Assembly (NCBI GenBank): GCA_023145375.1
Contig: JAGLDY010000007.1
Coordinates: 4,391-68,390 of the forward strand
Reading direction: 5' to 3'
Origin: Candidatus Sabulitectum sp.
Lineage (GTDB): Bacteria; Fermentibacterota; Fermentibacteria; Fermentibacterales; JCC-6
DNA: 64,000 nt
This document shows, one piece after another, positions 1 through 10,198 of the stretch. A program made the translations under genes and the position numbers. Below the pieces are notes generated by a model, which was not told the DNA's origin, did not search any database, and saw only the letters and a program-made list of their open reading frames with translations. Position 1 is the stretch's first letter. Each line of letters opens with the position of its first letter.

Positions 1-600
1 CATTTTCTCAAGATCACCGGGTTCAACAGGTCTTCCTGTTCGACAGACAACTCTTGTGTTTCTCATATTCGGAACTTTTTCTCTGATCTCTTCTTCCATA
101 TCTACTTTATCTCTGTTCGCCATAACTGTGACACATGGGTTATTCTGGTTCTCATTTGCTATGGACAGCTCGGAAACAATAGTGAAAACCTGTTCTGACC
201 AACCCAGAATCACGGTGTGTCCTGTCTCTACAATTCTTGATCTTCCTTTTCTTAAAGAGTCCAGTTTGGCATCAAGTCCTGTGGTTAGAATACCGATGAG
301 AGCGCTGAAGATGAATATCCCGCTGAAGGTGACAATGAGCATGCTGAACAGGAATCCAGCCCCACCTGCGTCTCCTCCGATGGTCCCGGGATCCATTGTT
401 CTCATCAGGCTCATCCAGAGTAGTTTTGGGAATCCTTCATTCTCGGGAGCAGTTCCCGTGACCATGATGATGATGGAGAATAGCAATATGAGTATTGCAG
501 ACAGTACGCCCAGCCAGATTATGAGACCTGCTGTTCCACGGGACATCATGGTGTCAAATGCATATCTGAATTTGTCTTTGCTGCTGAATCCAATGCTCAT
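1..600 (-). CDS. CASTOR/POLLUX (DMI1)-related putative ion channel with RCK/TrkA-like domain, 3'-truncated by window edge
   Basis: Not in the ORF track because it has no stop in the window. Manual translation from ATG 600 (SD GGGAG): MSIGFSSKDKFRYAFDTMMSRGTAGLIIWLG...LMRTMDPGTIGGD...LRKGRSRIVETGHTVILGWSEQVFTIVSEL...VVCRTG, typical of this family. Confidence 0.85.
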   Translation of the reverse strand, partial: MSIGFSSKDKFRYAFDTMMSRGTAGLIIWLGVLSAILILLFSIIIMVTGTAPENEGFPKLLWMSLMRTMDPGTIGGDAGGAGFLFSMLIVTFSGIFIFSALIGILTTGLDAKLDSLRKGRSRIVETGHTVILGWSEQVFTIVSELSIANENQNNPCVTVMANRDKVDMEEEIREKVPNMRNTRVVCRTGRPVEPGDLEKM

Positions 601-648
601 GCTGATCTCCCGTGGTGTGTTGTATGGTGTGTTACTGAATGGTAGAAA

Positions 649-3600
649 TTAACTGTTTAGCAGGGAAGAAGCAATTTCCTCTTTTCTGCATAGATCAAGG
701 AATTTTTCCATATCCGATCTTGAGAGAATGCTTTTTAGAATCGATTCTGATTTTATGCTCAATAGTTTCACTTCGAGTAGATCCACAGCATTTTTTAATG
801 CAGGAGCTATCTCTTCTGACCGGTCTTCGCGCTCCAGGGCAGTCAACAGATTCCCATACATGTAGACAATTCCATCAGGTGGTGCTTTGTCTGACAGGGC
901 AGCAGATCTCTTTATCATAGCGACTGCCTTTGTTAGTTCTTCCTGACTGCTGCCTGTGCGGTGTAGCAGTACTCCCTCGAGATGCAGTAGCCAGTTCTGT
1001 AACAAAGGCCCCAGGTCTCTATTTTTAACGGCGCTGAGAATATCACTGCAGGTTCGATAGTCTTTCAATTCAAGAAGTGCTTTTACCCTGTTAAGCTCGG
1101 AATCACATTCCATTTCTGTGCAGTTCATCTCAGCGAAGATCAGAGAAGCATTGAGGAAGAAACTACATGCCTGGTTGTTCCGGCCGGTCACCATGGACAG
1201 CATTCCCAGCCCGAATTGACCGTAAGCCATACCTATCCGATTATCAATCTTGCTGTTCAGTTCAATGTACATCTGAAAATATCTCTCTGCCAGATCCAGC
1301 ATATTCAGCTGCGTGTAGGTCTCTGCAAGATTGTAGTAGCCGATTGCCAGTCCCAGTTGATCTCCCAGACGATTGTTCAGTTTGATCACCTGCTTGAGGC
1401 AGTCAAGCATGGAGTTGTAATCTCCGCTGTATGTATAGAGGTTGTGCATGTTATTCAGAATGAGGGCTTCGCCTATCTGGTCGTTTTCCTTTACGCAGAT
1501 CTTCAATCCTTTTTGGTATTGCTCAAGAGCCTTTTCAGGAGAGCCTGTTTCGTTCTCAAGATCAGCAAGTCTGGCGAAGTACATACCCTCAAGAGCTTTA
1601 TCGATACCTGTAACAGAGCAATTAAACAATTTATTTGCCAGCTTCAACTGCTCCGTTGCATTCTTATGTTTACTCTGTTGTCTGTAGATGAAAGATGTTT
1701 CAAGATGAGCCCCAATCATATTGTTTACAAGAATTCCAGTTTGAGCTCCGGCTGAATTGCCTGTTGAAACAGCCAGCATAAAGTATTTTGCTGCATCAGG
1801 GTACATACTTCTCCGCTGGTAATTTTTGCCTAGACTGTAGTAGATGGCACACATGTCTTCGGGATCTTCTGTGAGAGAGAGGGCAGTCTTCAAATGCTCC
1901 TCTGCAGGTTCAGTCTTTCCAGTCAAGGATAGCAGGTCGCCTAAGTTGATATGAGCCTGGAGGAAACCAACTTGATCTGAGGCATCAGAGACTTTACTCA
2001 GGTACTCCTGGTACCAGTGTATGGATTCACTGTGCAACCCCATAGAGAAGGTTTCATTTGCAGCCCTCCTTGAATATTCCACCGCTTTCATTCTGCTTTT
2101 GCTGTTACAGAAGTGGTAGGCAATAGCTTCCAGTAACAGGTGTTCGTTCACTTCCCAGTTCTTTTCCATGAACACCGCTGTCTTTTCGTGGAGTATCATC
2201 CGGAAAGAGGGGGATATCTTTGATATCAGTAAACTCCTCATTACACCGTATGAGAAGGTGAAAAAGGTTCCATTGTCTTTTATGAGTCCCATTTCAACAA
2301 AACGGTCCAGGATTTCTGCCAGGTCGAATTCATCCATGGATGTGAGTTCTCTTAACAGAGGTAGATCAAGATACTTTCCAACCAGGGCTGCTCTTTTCAG
2401 AACTTTCATCTCTTCAGGACTGCATTTGCCCAGCATTATTTCAATTACAGAACAGATATCATCAGGCAGTTTATCCTCTTCAGGTTCTTCCCAAAGGCAT
2501 GTGGCACCTTTGCCCAGACTGAGATAGCCCATTTCCAGAGACCAGCTTATCAGTTTTCTCAAGAACAGTGCATTACCACCACTCTGTCTCATCATGTAGT
2601 CCTGTACTTCATCAGGGATCTCAGGGGTTTTTATGGCGAAGAAGACCATTGTTCTGACATCTGCCGGCTCAAGAGGCTGAAGGTGGATACTCTTCAGCGG
2701 AACACTGGCCCATATTGGCTCAAGAAGCTTTAAAGTGGTTGATATCCGACTCATTCCGATGTAGAGAATATTTGCCTTTGGCACAGAGGATATCGCTTCA
2801 GCAACAAACTGAATACACTTTCGGGAAGCCCACTGCAGATTATCAAGAACCACAACAAAGGGAGTTATTCTGGAAACCTCCCTGAGAATGGTTCCCAGAT
2901 CATTGCGGTTCCTGGCCTTCTTCTCATCAGAAGCTGCAGAAAAAGAACTTTTAGTTTCTATTAGATTAAATTCACTAAATTGCTTTCTTGTTGATTGCTC
3001 AACCGGTCCTATTGCACTTTTTACATCAAGCATCTGATCCTCTGTAAGTCCGTTCAGAGCTTTTCTCACTATGCTGATAACAAGATAGCTTTCCTCCTGA
3101 AAGACCGGATGTACTTTCGTTGTGAATACAGGCATGTTCTTGAATTGACAGTAGTTCAGTAGTTCCTCAACAAGCTTCGTTTTTCCGGTACCCTGGAATC
3201 CAGTGAGAATGCAGAATTCCGCAGAACCGGCAATTGCATTGTCCACCAGTTTTCTAAGTTGCAGGAGTTCATCCCTTCTTCCAACCATGTGGGAGAATTC
3301 CGGTTCAATATCTTTTACATTAATGAGTTCCTCTGCAAGAACAAAGCGTCCTCTTCCTGTATCCTTGGCATGATAGAGAGCCTGATCTGCCATTGAGATC
3401 AGATCAGATATTTCCTGATCATCTAACTTACTCTGTGCTATTCCCATGGAAACGCTGACCTTCATTCCCCCAGGAAACTCTTTCTTCCGGAACTCGAAGA
3501 GAAGTCGTTGAGCCAGATCCAGAGCATTGTCTCCACTTGTATCCGGCAGGACTACAATGAACTCATCTCCGCCAAACCGCAGAGCGTAATCCTCACTTTT

Positions 3601-3819
3601 CAGGTTTACCTTAACAGTCTGCCCCACATGCGCAAGAATTTCATCACCGGCCAGGTGACCATAAATGTCGTTGACAAGTTTGAAATGATCTATGTCTATC
3701 ATCACTAGAGACCATGGATGCTCTCTTGATGAAAACCGGTCATTGAGGTATGGCAGTATAGACCTGTCATTCAATCCAGTGAGTGGATCGATGCCTGAGC
3801 CATTCGTTTTCGTGTTCAT
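649..3819 (-). CDS. Diguanylate cyclase (GGDEF) fused to STAND/AAA ATPase and TPR repeats
   Basis: DIDHFK-VND-YGHLAGD and RFGGDEF motifs; VGRRDEL, Walker A GFQGTGKT, Walker B VVVLDNLQWA, SGGNALF; C-terminal TPR-like repeats. Start is ATG 3819 or TTG 3837. Confidence 0.9.
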   Translation of the reverse strand: MNTKTNGSGIDPLTGLNDRSILPYLNDRFSSREHPWSLVMIDIDHFKLVNDIYGHLAGDEILAHVGQTVKVNLKSEDYALRFGGDEFIVVLPDTSGDNALDLAQRLLFEFRKKEFPGGMKVSVSMGIAQSKLDDQEISDLISMADQALYHAKDTGRGRFVLAEELINVKDIEPEFSHMVGRRDELLQLRKLVDNAIAGSAEFCILTGFQGTGKTKLVEELLNYCQFKNMPVFTTKVHPVFQEESYLVISIVRKALNGLTEDQMLDVKSAIGPVEQSTRKQFSEFNLIETKSSFSAASDEKKARNRNDLGTILREVSRITPFVVVLDNLQWASRKCIQFVAEAISSVPKANILYIGMSRISTTLKLLEPIWASVPLKSIHLQPLEPADVRTMVFFAIKTPEIPDEVQDYMMRQSGGNALFLRKLISWSLEMGYLSLGKGATCLWEEPEEDKLPDDICSVIEIMLGKCSPEEMKVLKRAALVGKYLDLPLLRELTSMDEFDLAEILDRFVEMGLIKDNGTFFTFSYGVMRSLLISKISPSFRMILHEKTAVFMEKNWEVNEHLLLEAIAYHFCNSKSRMKAVEYSRRAANETFSMGLHSESIHWYQEYLSKVSDASDQVGFLQAHINLGDLLSLTGKTEPAEEHLKTALSLTEDPEDMCAIYYSLGKNYQRRSMYPDAAKYFMLAVSTGNSAGAQTGILVNNMIGAHLETSFIYRQQSKHKNATEQLKLANKLFNCSVTGIDKALEGMYFARLADLENETGSPEKALEQYQKGLKICVKENDQIGEALILNNMHNLYTYSGDYNSMLDCLKQVIKLNNRLGDQLGLAIGYYNLAETYTQLNMLDLAERYFQMYIELNSKIDNRIGMAYGQFGLGMLSMVTGRNNQACSFFLNASLIFAEMNCTEMECDSELNRVKALLELKDYRTCSDILSAVKNRDLGPLLQNWLLHLEGVLLHRTGSSQEELTKAVAMIKRSAALSDKAPPDGIVYMYGNLLTALEREDRSEEIAPALKNAVDLLEVKLLSIKSESILKSILSRSDMEKFLDLCRKEEIASSLLNS

Positions 3820-4136
3820 GGACAAATTGATCGCCAATACAAATGTACAGTCATCCTACCTCCTATGGTGCGAGATAATTACATACAACATTTGTAGCAT
3901 ATTTCTTTCCAATCAAATACAGTAAGATAGTATGATTAATCAGCAATAATACGGTAAGATTCCATCAACACTCTGTGTAGATATACAGTATCAGGAATGC
4001 GCCTCTAGCTACTCGCCTGCGAAATCAAGCCATTCACCTGTATCCATCAGGTCTGACTGACATATGCTCAGGCTGAGTGTGAATACCACGGTAAGGATGC
4101 TGATAAACCTGTTGTAACAGCATTGAAAATTGTCTG

Positions 4137-4165
4137 TTGCGCTTCTCCTAAATCCCCTTTATACT
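4137..4165 (+). promoter_or_regulatory. Sigma-70-like promoter for the FG-GAP protein gene
   Basis: TTGCGC-17 nt-TATACT, about 45 nt upstream of ATG 4212. Confidence 0.55.
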
Positions 4166-4211
4166 ACACACAGCGCGTAGCAGGATAAGTTTCACGAAAT
4201 GAGAGGATGCA

Positions 4212-5435
4212 ATGATGAAAAGCTTTCTTTGGTCTTTATTCATTCTGAGTTTATCTGTTCTAGCTGACCCACCTGATTATCAGTCACCGTTCAGGGTCAG
4301 TTCCAATGGTGCACCCATCGAGCTGGGTCTTGGTCACGCAAACCCCCTGGTTACTGACTGGAACGGAGATGGCCTGAAGGATCTAATTGTCGGCCAGTAC
4401 ACTGGCGGTAAACTCCGGTACTACCAGAATGATGATTCCAATGACTCTCCTGCATTCGGGGATTTTGTCTACATGCAGGCGGACGGCAGTGATATTTCAC
4501 TGTCTTCCGGTTGATGCACCGGCGCTACAAATCCACAGGCTGTGGATTTCAACAACGATGGACTTACAGATCTGATCGTCGGAGAAAGCGACGGATATGT
4601 CAATTTCTTCAGACGCCTTGGTAATGGAACCCTCACCAGTGAAGGCAGAATACAGGCGGGTGGCGCTGACCTTGATGTGGGAGGCAACTCTGCTCCTTTT
4701 GTTTATGACTGGAACAACGATGGTCTTCTGGATCTTATTGTTGGGCGGCAATTCACACCAGGTGGAAGCCTTCGCCTTTATTTGAATCAGGGAACAGCCG
4801 AGAATCCGGCATTTGCAAGCTACTCTGCAGTGATGAAAGGCTCAACACCGGTTGCTTATCCAAGAAGCATTCCTCACATGGAAGATATGAACGGGGATGG
4901 TCTCCTGGATCTCCTTGTAGGCGAGGACAATGGTCACACCTACTATCTTGAGAATTCGGGCTCAACCGGTGCTCCGGTATTCACTACCAGTGCAGCTATT
5001 ACCGTTAACGGCAGTCCATATGCCTGGCCATCCGGACAGACAGATTGCACAGTTTATGTTAATGACTGGAACGAGGACGGTGTTCTTGATATCATTCAGG
5101 GCAACTATGTAAAGAATGTATGGGTGTTCCTTGGGAACAACGTGTCAGTGGAGGATCTCTGCTCACAGGTTTTCAGCAATGGGACTTCTGTCTCGTTGTT
5201 TTCCAACCCGGTGCAGGGTTATTTAAGATATTCTGTTGCAACTGAGCAGCCCGCACCTGTTTCCGTTAGCTTGCTGGGTATGGATGGAAGGATCGTGAAG
5301 AAGTGGGACCTGGGAACACTCCATGGCGGTTCGGATCATGTTCATACAGTCTCAGATCTACCCAATGGTGTTTATGCAATGGTTGTTTCTGTGAATGGAG
5401 AGATATCCAGCCGTCAGGTTGCTGTTGTAAGATAG
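4212..5435 (+). CDS. Secreted FG-GAP/VCBS-repeat protein with T9SS-like C-terminal domain; probable selenoprotein (in-frame TGA 4512-4514, U-C motif), 407 aa
   Basis: ORFs 4212-4514 and 4542-5435 share a frame. Readthrough gives ...DISLSSG-U-CTGATNPQAVDFNNDG. Signal peptide, five D-x-N-x-D-G-x-x-D-(L/I)-(I/L)-x-G repeats, C-terminal FSNP...DGRIV...LPNGVY...VAVVR tail. SECIS-like hairpin follows the TGA. Confidence 0.8.
4529..4549 (+). promoter_or_regulatory. Candidate bacterial SECIS element
   Basis: Perfect stem AAATCCACA/TGTGGATTT with loop GGC; 23 nt lie between the TGA and the loop. Confidence 0.7.
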
Positions 5436-5456
5436 ACCCGAACGTGATCTAAAGTG

Positions 5457-5481
5457 GGGGCGGTGGCTCCATCCGCCCCTT
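5457..5481 (+). terminator. GC-rich hairpin, probable terminator
   Basis: GGGGCGG-9 nt-CCGCCCC just after the stop at 5435; weak U tract. Confidence 0.5.
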
Positions 5482-5576
5482 GATCCCTCTTCATGGAACC
5501 ATGTAAACACTGGTATGTTACCTTTGTTATATCAAAATGAGAATACACTCTTTGCACAAATGACAGGGGTCACTGT

Positions 5577-6641
5577 TTGAAATATCTGCAGTACAAAAGA
5601 CCGTCCACATACTTGATCGTTCTGTCATTTGTCATTCTCGGCCTGGGTTTTGTTATGGCTTTCTATGTACACAATACCGTAGAGAACCTGAAGTTTGATG
5701 CTAAGATTATAAATGAGACAGGTATTATCAGAGGGTCTATTCAGCGTGCGACAAAGCTGGTCCTTTCAAATTCCCAGAACTTATCCAATGAGACAATTTG
5801 GGAGATCAACAGTCTTTTTGATCACTTCATTGCGGAAAATGACCGCAGCAGACATCCCGGTGTGGAAGAAACCGTTTTCCTGGGTTTACTGGATCTGAGA
5901 GAAAAGTGGTTCTCCCTTGAGGGTCTATTGATCGAATACCGGGTGAATCCATCGGAGCAGGTCAGAAGCGGGATCTTGCTGGAAAGTGAGCATTGCTGGG
6001 AGGCAGCGGACTCAGTAGTTCTTGCCGCCCAGTATACCACTGAAGGTAAGGTCGGGAATTTTACAGTGTTTTACAGAATACTTGCCATTAATGCCATAAC
6101 TGCGATTCTTGTAATACTGTATGTGATAGTGTATGTCAGGAAGAAACTGGAGTATGAGTCATCACATGACGCCCTGACGGGCTTATTCAACAGAAGGTCT
6201 TATGAGAAAATGATCCAATCTGAGATCGCCCGATGTACAAGGTACAGCTCAAAGCTGTCCCTGATCGTGTTTGATGTGGACAAATTCAAGCTTATCAATG
6301 ACCATAATGGTCATGGAGCAGGCGACAGGGTTCTGGCTGATATTGCAGAAGCAGTTAAGGATTCTATACGGGTAACGGATGTGGTTTTCAGAGTTGGCGG
6401 TGATGAATTCGCAGTGATCAGTCCTGAAACTGATGCTGATGGAGCGTTCCAGCTTGCGGAAAAGATCCGGAAAAGAATTGAGCAGCATTCTTTTGCAACT
6501 GGTAATACCGAGACCGTAAGTCTTGGAATTGCAGAATTCAAAAAAGGTATTACAAAGAAAGTGCTGTACAGGCATGCAGATACTGCCCTGTATATCGCTA
6601 AGAGCAATGGAAGAAATCGCTCAGAAACCTGGGTTAAATAA
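5577..6641 (+). CDS. Membrane-bound diguanylate cyclase (2 TM, periplasmic helical sensor, GGDEF)
   Basis: Two hydrophobic segments; HDALTGLFNRR, DVDKFK, RVGGDEF, and RxxD I-site (RVTD). Confidence 0.9.
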   Translation: MKYLQYKRPSTYLIVLSFVILGLGFVMAFYVHNTVENLKFDAKIINETGIIRGSIQRATKLVLSNSQNLSNETIWEINSLFDHFIAENDRSRHPGVEETVFLGLLDLREKWFSLEGLLIEYRVNPSEQVRSGILLESEHCWEAADSVVLAAQYTTEGKVGNFTVFYRILAINAITAILVILYVIVYVRKKLEYESSHDALTGLFNRRSYEKMIQSEIARCTRYSSKLSLIVFDVDKFKLINDHNGHGAGDRVLADIAEAVKDSIRVTDVVFRVGGDEFAVISPETDADGAFQLAEKIRKRIEQHSFATGNTETVSLGIAEFKKGITKKVLYRHADTALYIAKSNGRNRSETWVK

Positions 6642-6691
6642 AGGCGGAGAAACCGCTATTGCACCTGTAATTCATACATGAATGGCAGGTA

Positions 6692-8362
6692 CTACTTCTT
6701 TTTTTCTTTCAACTTTTTCCAGGAATCCCGCAGGGTGATGGTGCGGTTGAAGATCATTCTCTCAGAGGTTGATTCCGGGTCTATACTAAAATAACCCTTC
6801 CTTTCAAACTGACAGACAAAGCCGGGTTTGTTCTTGCCCATGTGATCTTCCACCATGCAGTTAGTCACAACGGCGAGAGAGTCTGGATTCAGCGAAGATG
6901 TGAATTCCTCTCCTTCTTCAGTATCCAAGGGGTTCCCTTTGTTGAAAAGCCTGTCGTACAGTCTTACTTCAACAGGAAAACTGTTTGCAGCTGATACCCA
7001 GTGAAGAGTGCCTCTTACCCTTCTGCCGTCAGGAGCATTTCCACCTTTTGTCTCCGGGTCATATGTACACTTGATCTCTGTGATGTTTCCATCTTCATCT
7101 TTGATGATCCCAGTGCAGGTTACCAGGTATGCATATCGCAGTCTTACTTCTCTGCCCGGTCCCATTCTGAAGAACTTTTTAGGTGGATCCTCCATGAAGT
7201 CATCCCGCTCAATGTAAAGCTCTCTGGTGAAAGGTGTGGGGCGGGTTCCTGCGGATTCATCTTCAGGATTTACTACATAGTCAAAGTGTTCAGTTCTGTC
7301 TTCAGGATAATTCTCTATAACGAGCTTTACAGGGTTAAGAATAGACATGACCCTTGGTGCGGTCTTATTCAGTTCTTCCCTGATGCAGTGTTCAAACAGG
7401 GCAATGTCCACAGTGCTGTTACGTTTGGCCAGCCCAATGATCGAACAGAAATTTCTGATGGATGAAGCGGGAATACCCCTCCGCCTGAGGCCACTGAGCG
7501 TTGGCATTCTCGGGTCATCCCAACCATTGACAAGACCTTCTTCTACCATCTTACGAAGAAAGCGTTTGCTCAACACTGTGAAGCTAAGATTTAATCTGGC
7601 GAATTCGATCTGTCTTGAGCGGAAAATATCCAGCTTTTCAAGGTACCAGTTGTACAGAGGGCGGTTGGATTCAAATTCCAGAGTACAGAGGCTGTGGGTG
7701 ATCCCTTCAGTGGAATCCTCCAGGCAGTGAGCAAAGTCGTACATGGGGTAGATGCACCATTTGTCACCTGTTCTGTGGTGACTCCTGTGAAGGATCCGGT
7801 ACATTGCCGGGTCCCTTAAGCACATTGTTGGACTGGCCATGTCTATTTTTGCCCTGAGAGTGCGACTTCCCTCCGGGAACTCTCCATTTTTCATTCTGTG
7901 GAAAAGATCCAGGTTTTCTTCTATCGATCTATTTCTAAAAGGGCTGTTTCTTCCGGGTTTTGAAGCAAAACCTCTGTAGACTTTTGTGTCCTCAGGTGAT
8001 AGATCACATACATATGCCAGATCCATGACGATCAGTTGTTCTGCCAGAAGATACATTCTATCAAAGTAATCGGAAGCGAAATACAGGTTATCCCATTTGA
8101 AACCAAGCCACTCCACATCACCCTTGATCGATTCCACAAACTCTGTTTCTTCCTTAACAGGGTTAGTGTCGTCAAATCGAAGGTTACATTTTCCTCCGAA
8201 TTCCCTGGCAATACCAAAATTCGTACAGATAGACTTTGCATGTCCGATGTGCAGGTAGCCATTGGGCTCAGGTGGGAATCTAGTGACTATCTCGCTGTGT
8301 TTACCGGACGCAAGGTCTGAATCTATTGTTTCTCTTATGAAATCTCTTGATCTTTTTTCCAT
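6692..8362 (-). CDS. glnS: Glutamine--tRNA ligase
   Basis: [38 protein letters not shown]; start ATG 8362 with SD GGGGAG. Confidence 0.97.
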   Translation of the reverse strand: MEKRSRDFIRETIDSDLASGKHSEIVTRFPPEPNGYLHIGHAKSICTNFGIAREFGGKCNLRFDDTNPVKEETEFVESIKGDVEWLGFKWDNLYFASDYFDRMYLLAEQLIVMDLAYVCDLSPEDTKVYRGFASKPGRNSPFRNRSIEENLDLFHRMKNGEFPEGSRTLRAKIDMASPTMCLRDPAMYRILHRSHHRTGDKWCIYPMYDFAHCLEDSTEGITHSLCTLEFESNRPLYNWYLEKLDIFRSRQIEFARLNLSFTVLSKRFLRKMVEEGLVNGWDDPRMPTLSGLRRRGIPASSIRNFCSIIGLAKRNSTVDIALFEHCIREELNKTAPRVMSILNPVKLVIENYPEDRTEHFDYVVNPEDESAGTRPTPFTRELYIERDDFMEDPPKKFFRMGPGREVRLRYAYLVTCTGIIKDEDGNITEIKCTYDPETKGGNAPDGRRVRGTLHWVSAANSFPVEVRLYDRLFNKGNPLDTEEGEEFTSSLNPDSLAVVTNCMVEDHMGKNKPGFVCQFERKGYFSIDPESTSERMIFNRTITLRDSWKKLKEKKK

Positions 8363-8403
8363 TGTATTCTCCCCTGACTGGTATGATGCCAATCATAATC
8401 GAA

Positions 8404-8676
8404 TCAGAGATCAGCGTTATCACCCATTACTTGCTGAACCATGTTCAGGAAAGTGATCCAGGTATTTCTGAACGTGTGAAGAGGTCTGGAATCAGGAGTG
8501 CGGAGTTCAAAGGTCATTCCCTTTTTATTCAATCTCGCATAGGTAAATATCGTTGTGAAATGAATAAGGAATTCATCAAATGAAAGATGTGGTCTTTTGC
8601 TTTCAAAACTGATACCCGCTTCCCCCGGAGAAGAACAGCAGATCATCAGGGACTCTGTGCCGCTGGACCCACACAT
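8404..8676 (-). CDS. Small hypothetical protein (90 aa)
   Basis: AGGAGG 6 nt before the ATG; fills the gap co-directionally upstream of glnS; no recognisable motif. Confidence 0.4.
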   Translation of the reverse strand: MCGSSGTESLMICCSSPGEAGISFESKRPHLSFDEFLIHFTTIFTYARLNKKGMTFELRTPDSRPLHTFRNTWITFLNMVQQVMGDNADL

Positions 8677-8845
8677 CCGATCCCTCCTGTATGCTGGAGA
8701 ATAACGGAATAAAGAAGTATTCCCAATAATCAGTGCAGGGAATTATTACGGAACCCGGATAACTGCTTTCTGCTCATGGCTCGGTACTATATTTACAACC
8801 ACAGAATGTGAGTGGATGTGGTTTTGCCCCTTGCCGGAGGTTTCT

Positions 8846-10198
8846 TTGAAAGTTACAGTTGTTGGCTCAGGTCTTGCTGGCAGTGAAGCGGCTCTTCAGC
8901 TGGCTTGTTCAGGCATTGAAGTTGATCTGTATGAGATGCGTCCGGGAACTATGACCCCTGCACACACTACAGGCTTACCTGCAGAGCTTGTCTGTTCCAA
9001 CTCCCTGCGTTCTGATCTTATCCATAATGCTCCAGGGCTTCTTAAAGAAGAACTTCGAAGATGCAATTCCTTTCTGATGAAGGCAGCAGACAGTTGCCGT
9101 GTACCTGCAGGCGGGGCTCTCGCCGTTGACAGGGATGAATTCAGTCAGGCTGTTCAGGAGATGCTTCGTGAGCAGAAACTGATAACTGTCAGGGAAGAAG
9201 AGGTAACTGAGATTCCTCAGGGTAAGGTCATTATTGCAGCCGGTCCTCTGGCTTCAAGCTCACTTACAGATGCTATTTGCAAGCTCACTGGAAGCGGATC
9301 TCTTTACTTCTACGATGCAATTGCTCCAGTGGTTGATTTTGACTCTATCAACACTGACCGTGCATTCTTTCAGAACCGGTATGAAGCAGATAACAATGGG
9401 GATGCAGTTGCGGATTATTTGAACTGTCCATTCTCCCGGGAAGAGTATTTCAACTTTGTGCAGGAATTGAAGAACGGTGAGAGGGTATCCACCCGTGACT
9501 TTGAGAAAGAGATCCATTTTCAGGGATGTATGCCTGTGGAAGCAATTGCAGACAGCGGAGATATGTCACTTGCTTTCGGCCCTATGAAACCTGTGGGATT
9601 AGTTGACCCTCGAACGGGTATTCGATCTTTTGCTGTGGTCCAGCTTCGCATGGAAAACAAGGCTGGTACTGCCTGGAACCTTGTGGGCTTTCAAACAAAA
9701 CTGACCTATTCTGAACAGAATAGAATATTCAGGATGATCCCAGGTCTGGAGAATGCCGAGTTTGTCCGTCTTGGTTCCATGCACAGGAATACTTTCATTA
9801 ACGGGCCTGACCTGCTTGATGAAAAACTGCGTCTGAAAACCCATAAGAGGATAATGTTTGCCGGTCAGATCACAGGTGTTGAGGGTTACATTGAATCCAT
9901 AGCATCAGGTTACCTGGCAGGAGTGCTCATGGCAGGCATTGATCCTGTACCGCCTGCTGATACAGCTCTTGGAGCTATTTTAAGATACCCCACAGAGAGT
10001 GTGGCAGACAATTACCAGCCATCAAACATCAATTACGGGCTTTTTCCACCTCTGAGAAAGAAACCTAAAGGGGGACGGAGAGCCAGGAGAGAAGCGCAGG
10101 CTGAAAGAGCTTTGAAAAGTCTTGGGGATTGGTTGTCAGGGGTTTCTTCTCTGCAGGAAAGCATAACCGGTAGTGGTAAGAAATACAACCACAAGTGA
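8846..10198 (+). CDS. trmFO: tRNA (uracil-5)-methyltransferase, folate/FAD-dependent
   Basis: VVGSGLAGSEAA, EMRP, AELVCSNS, FYDAIAP, HRNTF, FAGQITGVEGY; TTG start after GGAGG. Confidence 0.96.
   Translation: MKVTVVGSGLAGSEAALQLACSGIEVDLYEMRPGTMTPAHTTGLPAELVCSNSLRSDLIHNAPGLLKEELRRCNSFLMKAADSCRVPAGGALAVDRDEFSQAVQEMLREQKLITVREEEVTEIPQGKVIIAAGPLASSSLTDAICKLTGSGSLYFYDAIAPVVDFDSINTDRAFFQNRYEADNNGDAVADYLNCPFSREEYFNFVQELKNGERVSTRDFEKEIHFQGCMPVEAIADSGDMSLAFGPMKPVGLVDPRTGIRSFAVVQLRMENKAGTAWNLVGFQTKLTYSEQNRIFRMIPGLENAEFVRLGSMHRNTFINGPDLLDEKLRLKTHKRIMFAGQITGVEGYIESIASGYLAGVLMAGIDPVPPADTALGAILRYPTESVADNYQPSNINYGLFPPLRKKPKGGRRARREAQAERALKSLGDWLSGVSSLQESITGSGKKYNHK

Noticed and set aside
56..652. 198-aa plus-strand ORF
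   Set aside because: Antisense shadow of the CASTOR/POLLUX-like channel gene.
4512..4514. Genome-wide UGA reassignment (to Trp or Gly) as the explanation for the in-frame TGA
   Set aside because: Many genes end at TGA (10198, 17106, 20731, 22330, 35052), some with ATGA/TGATG coupling, and Trp is encoded by TGG. Any recoding must be site-specific.
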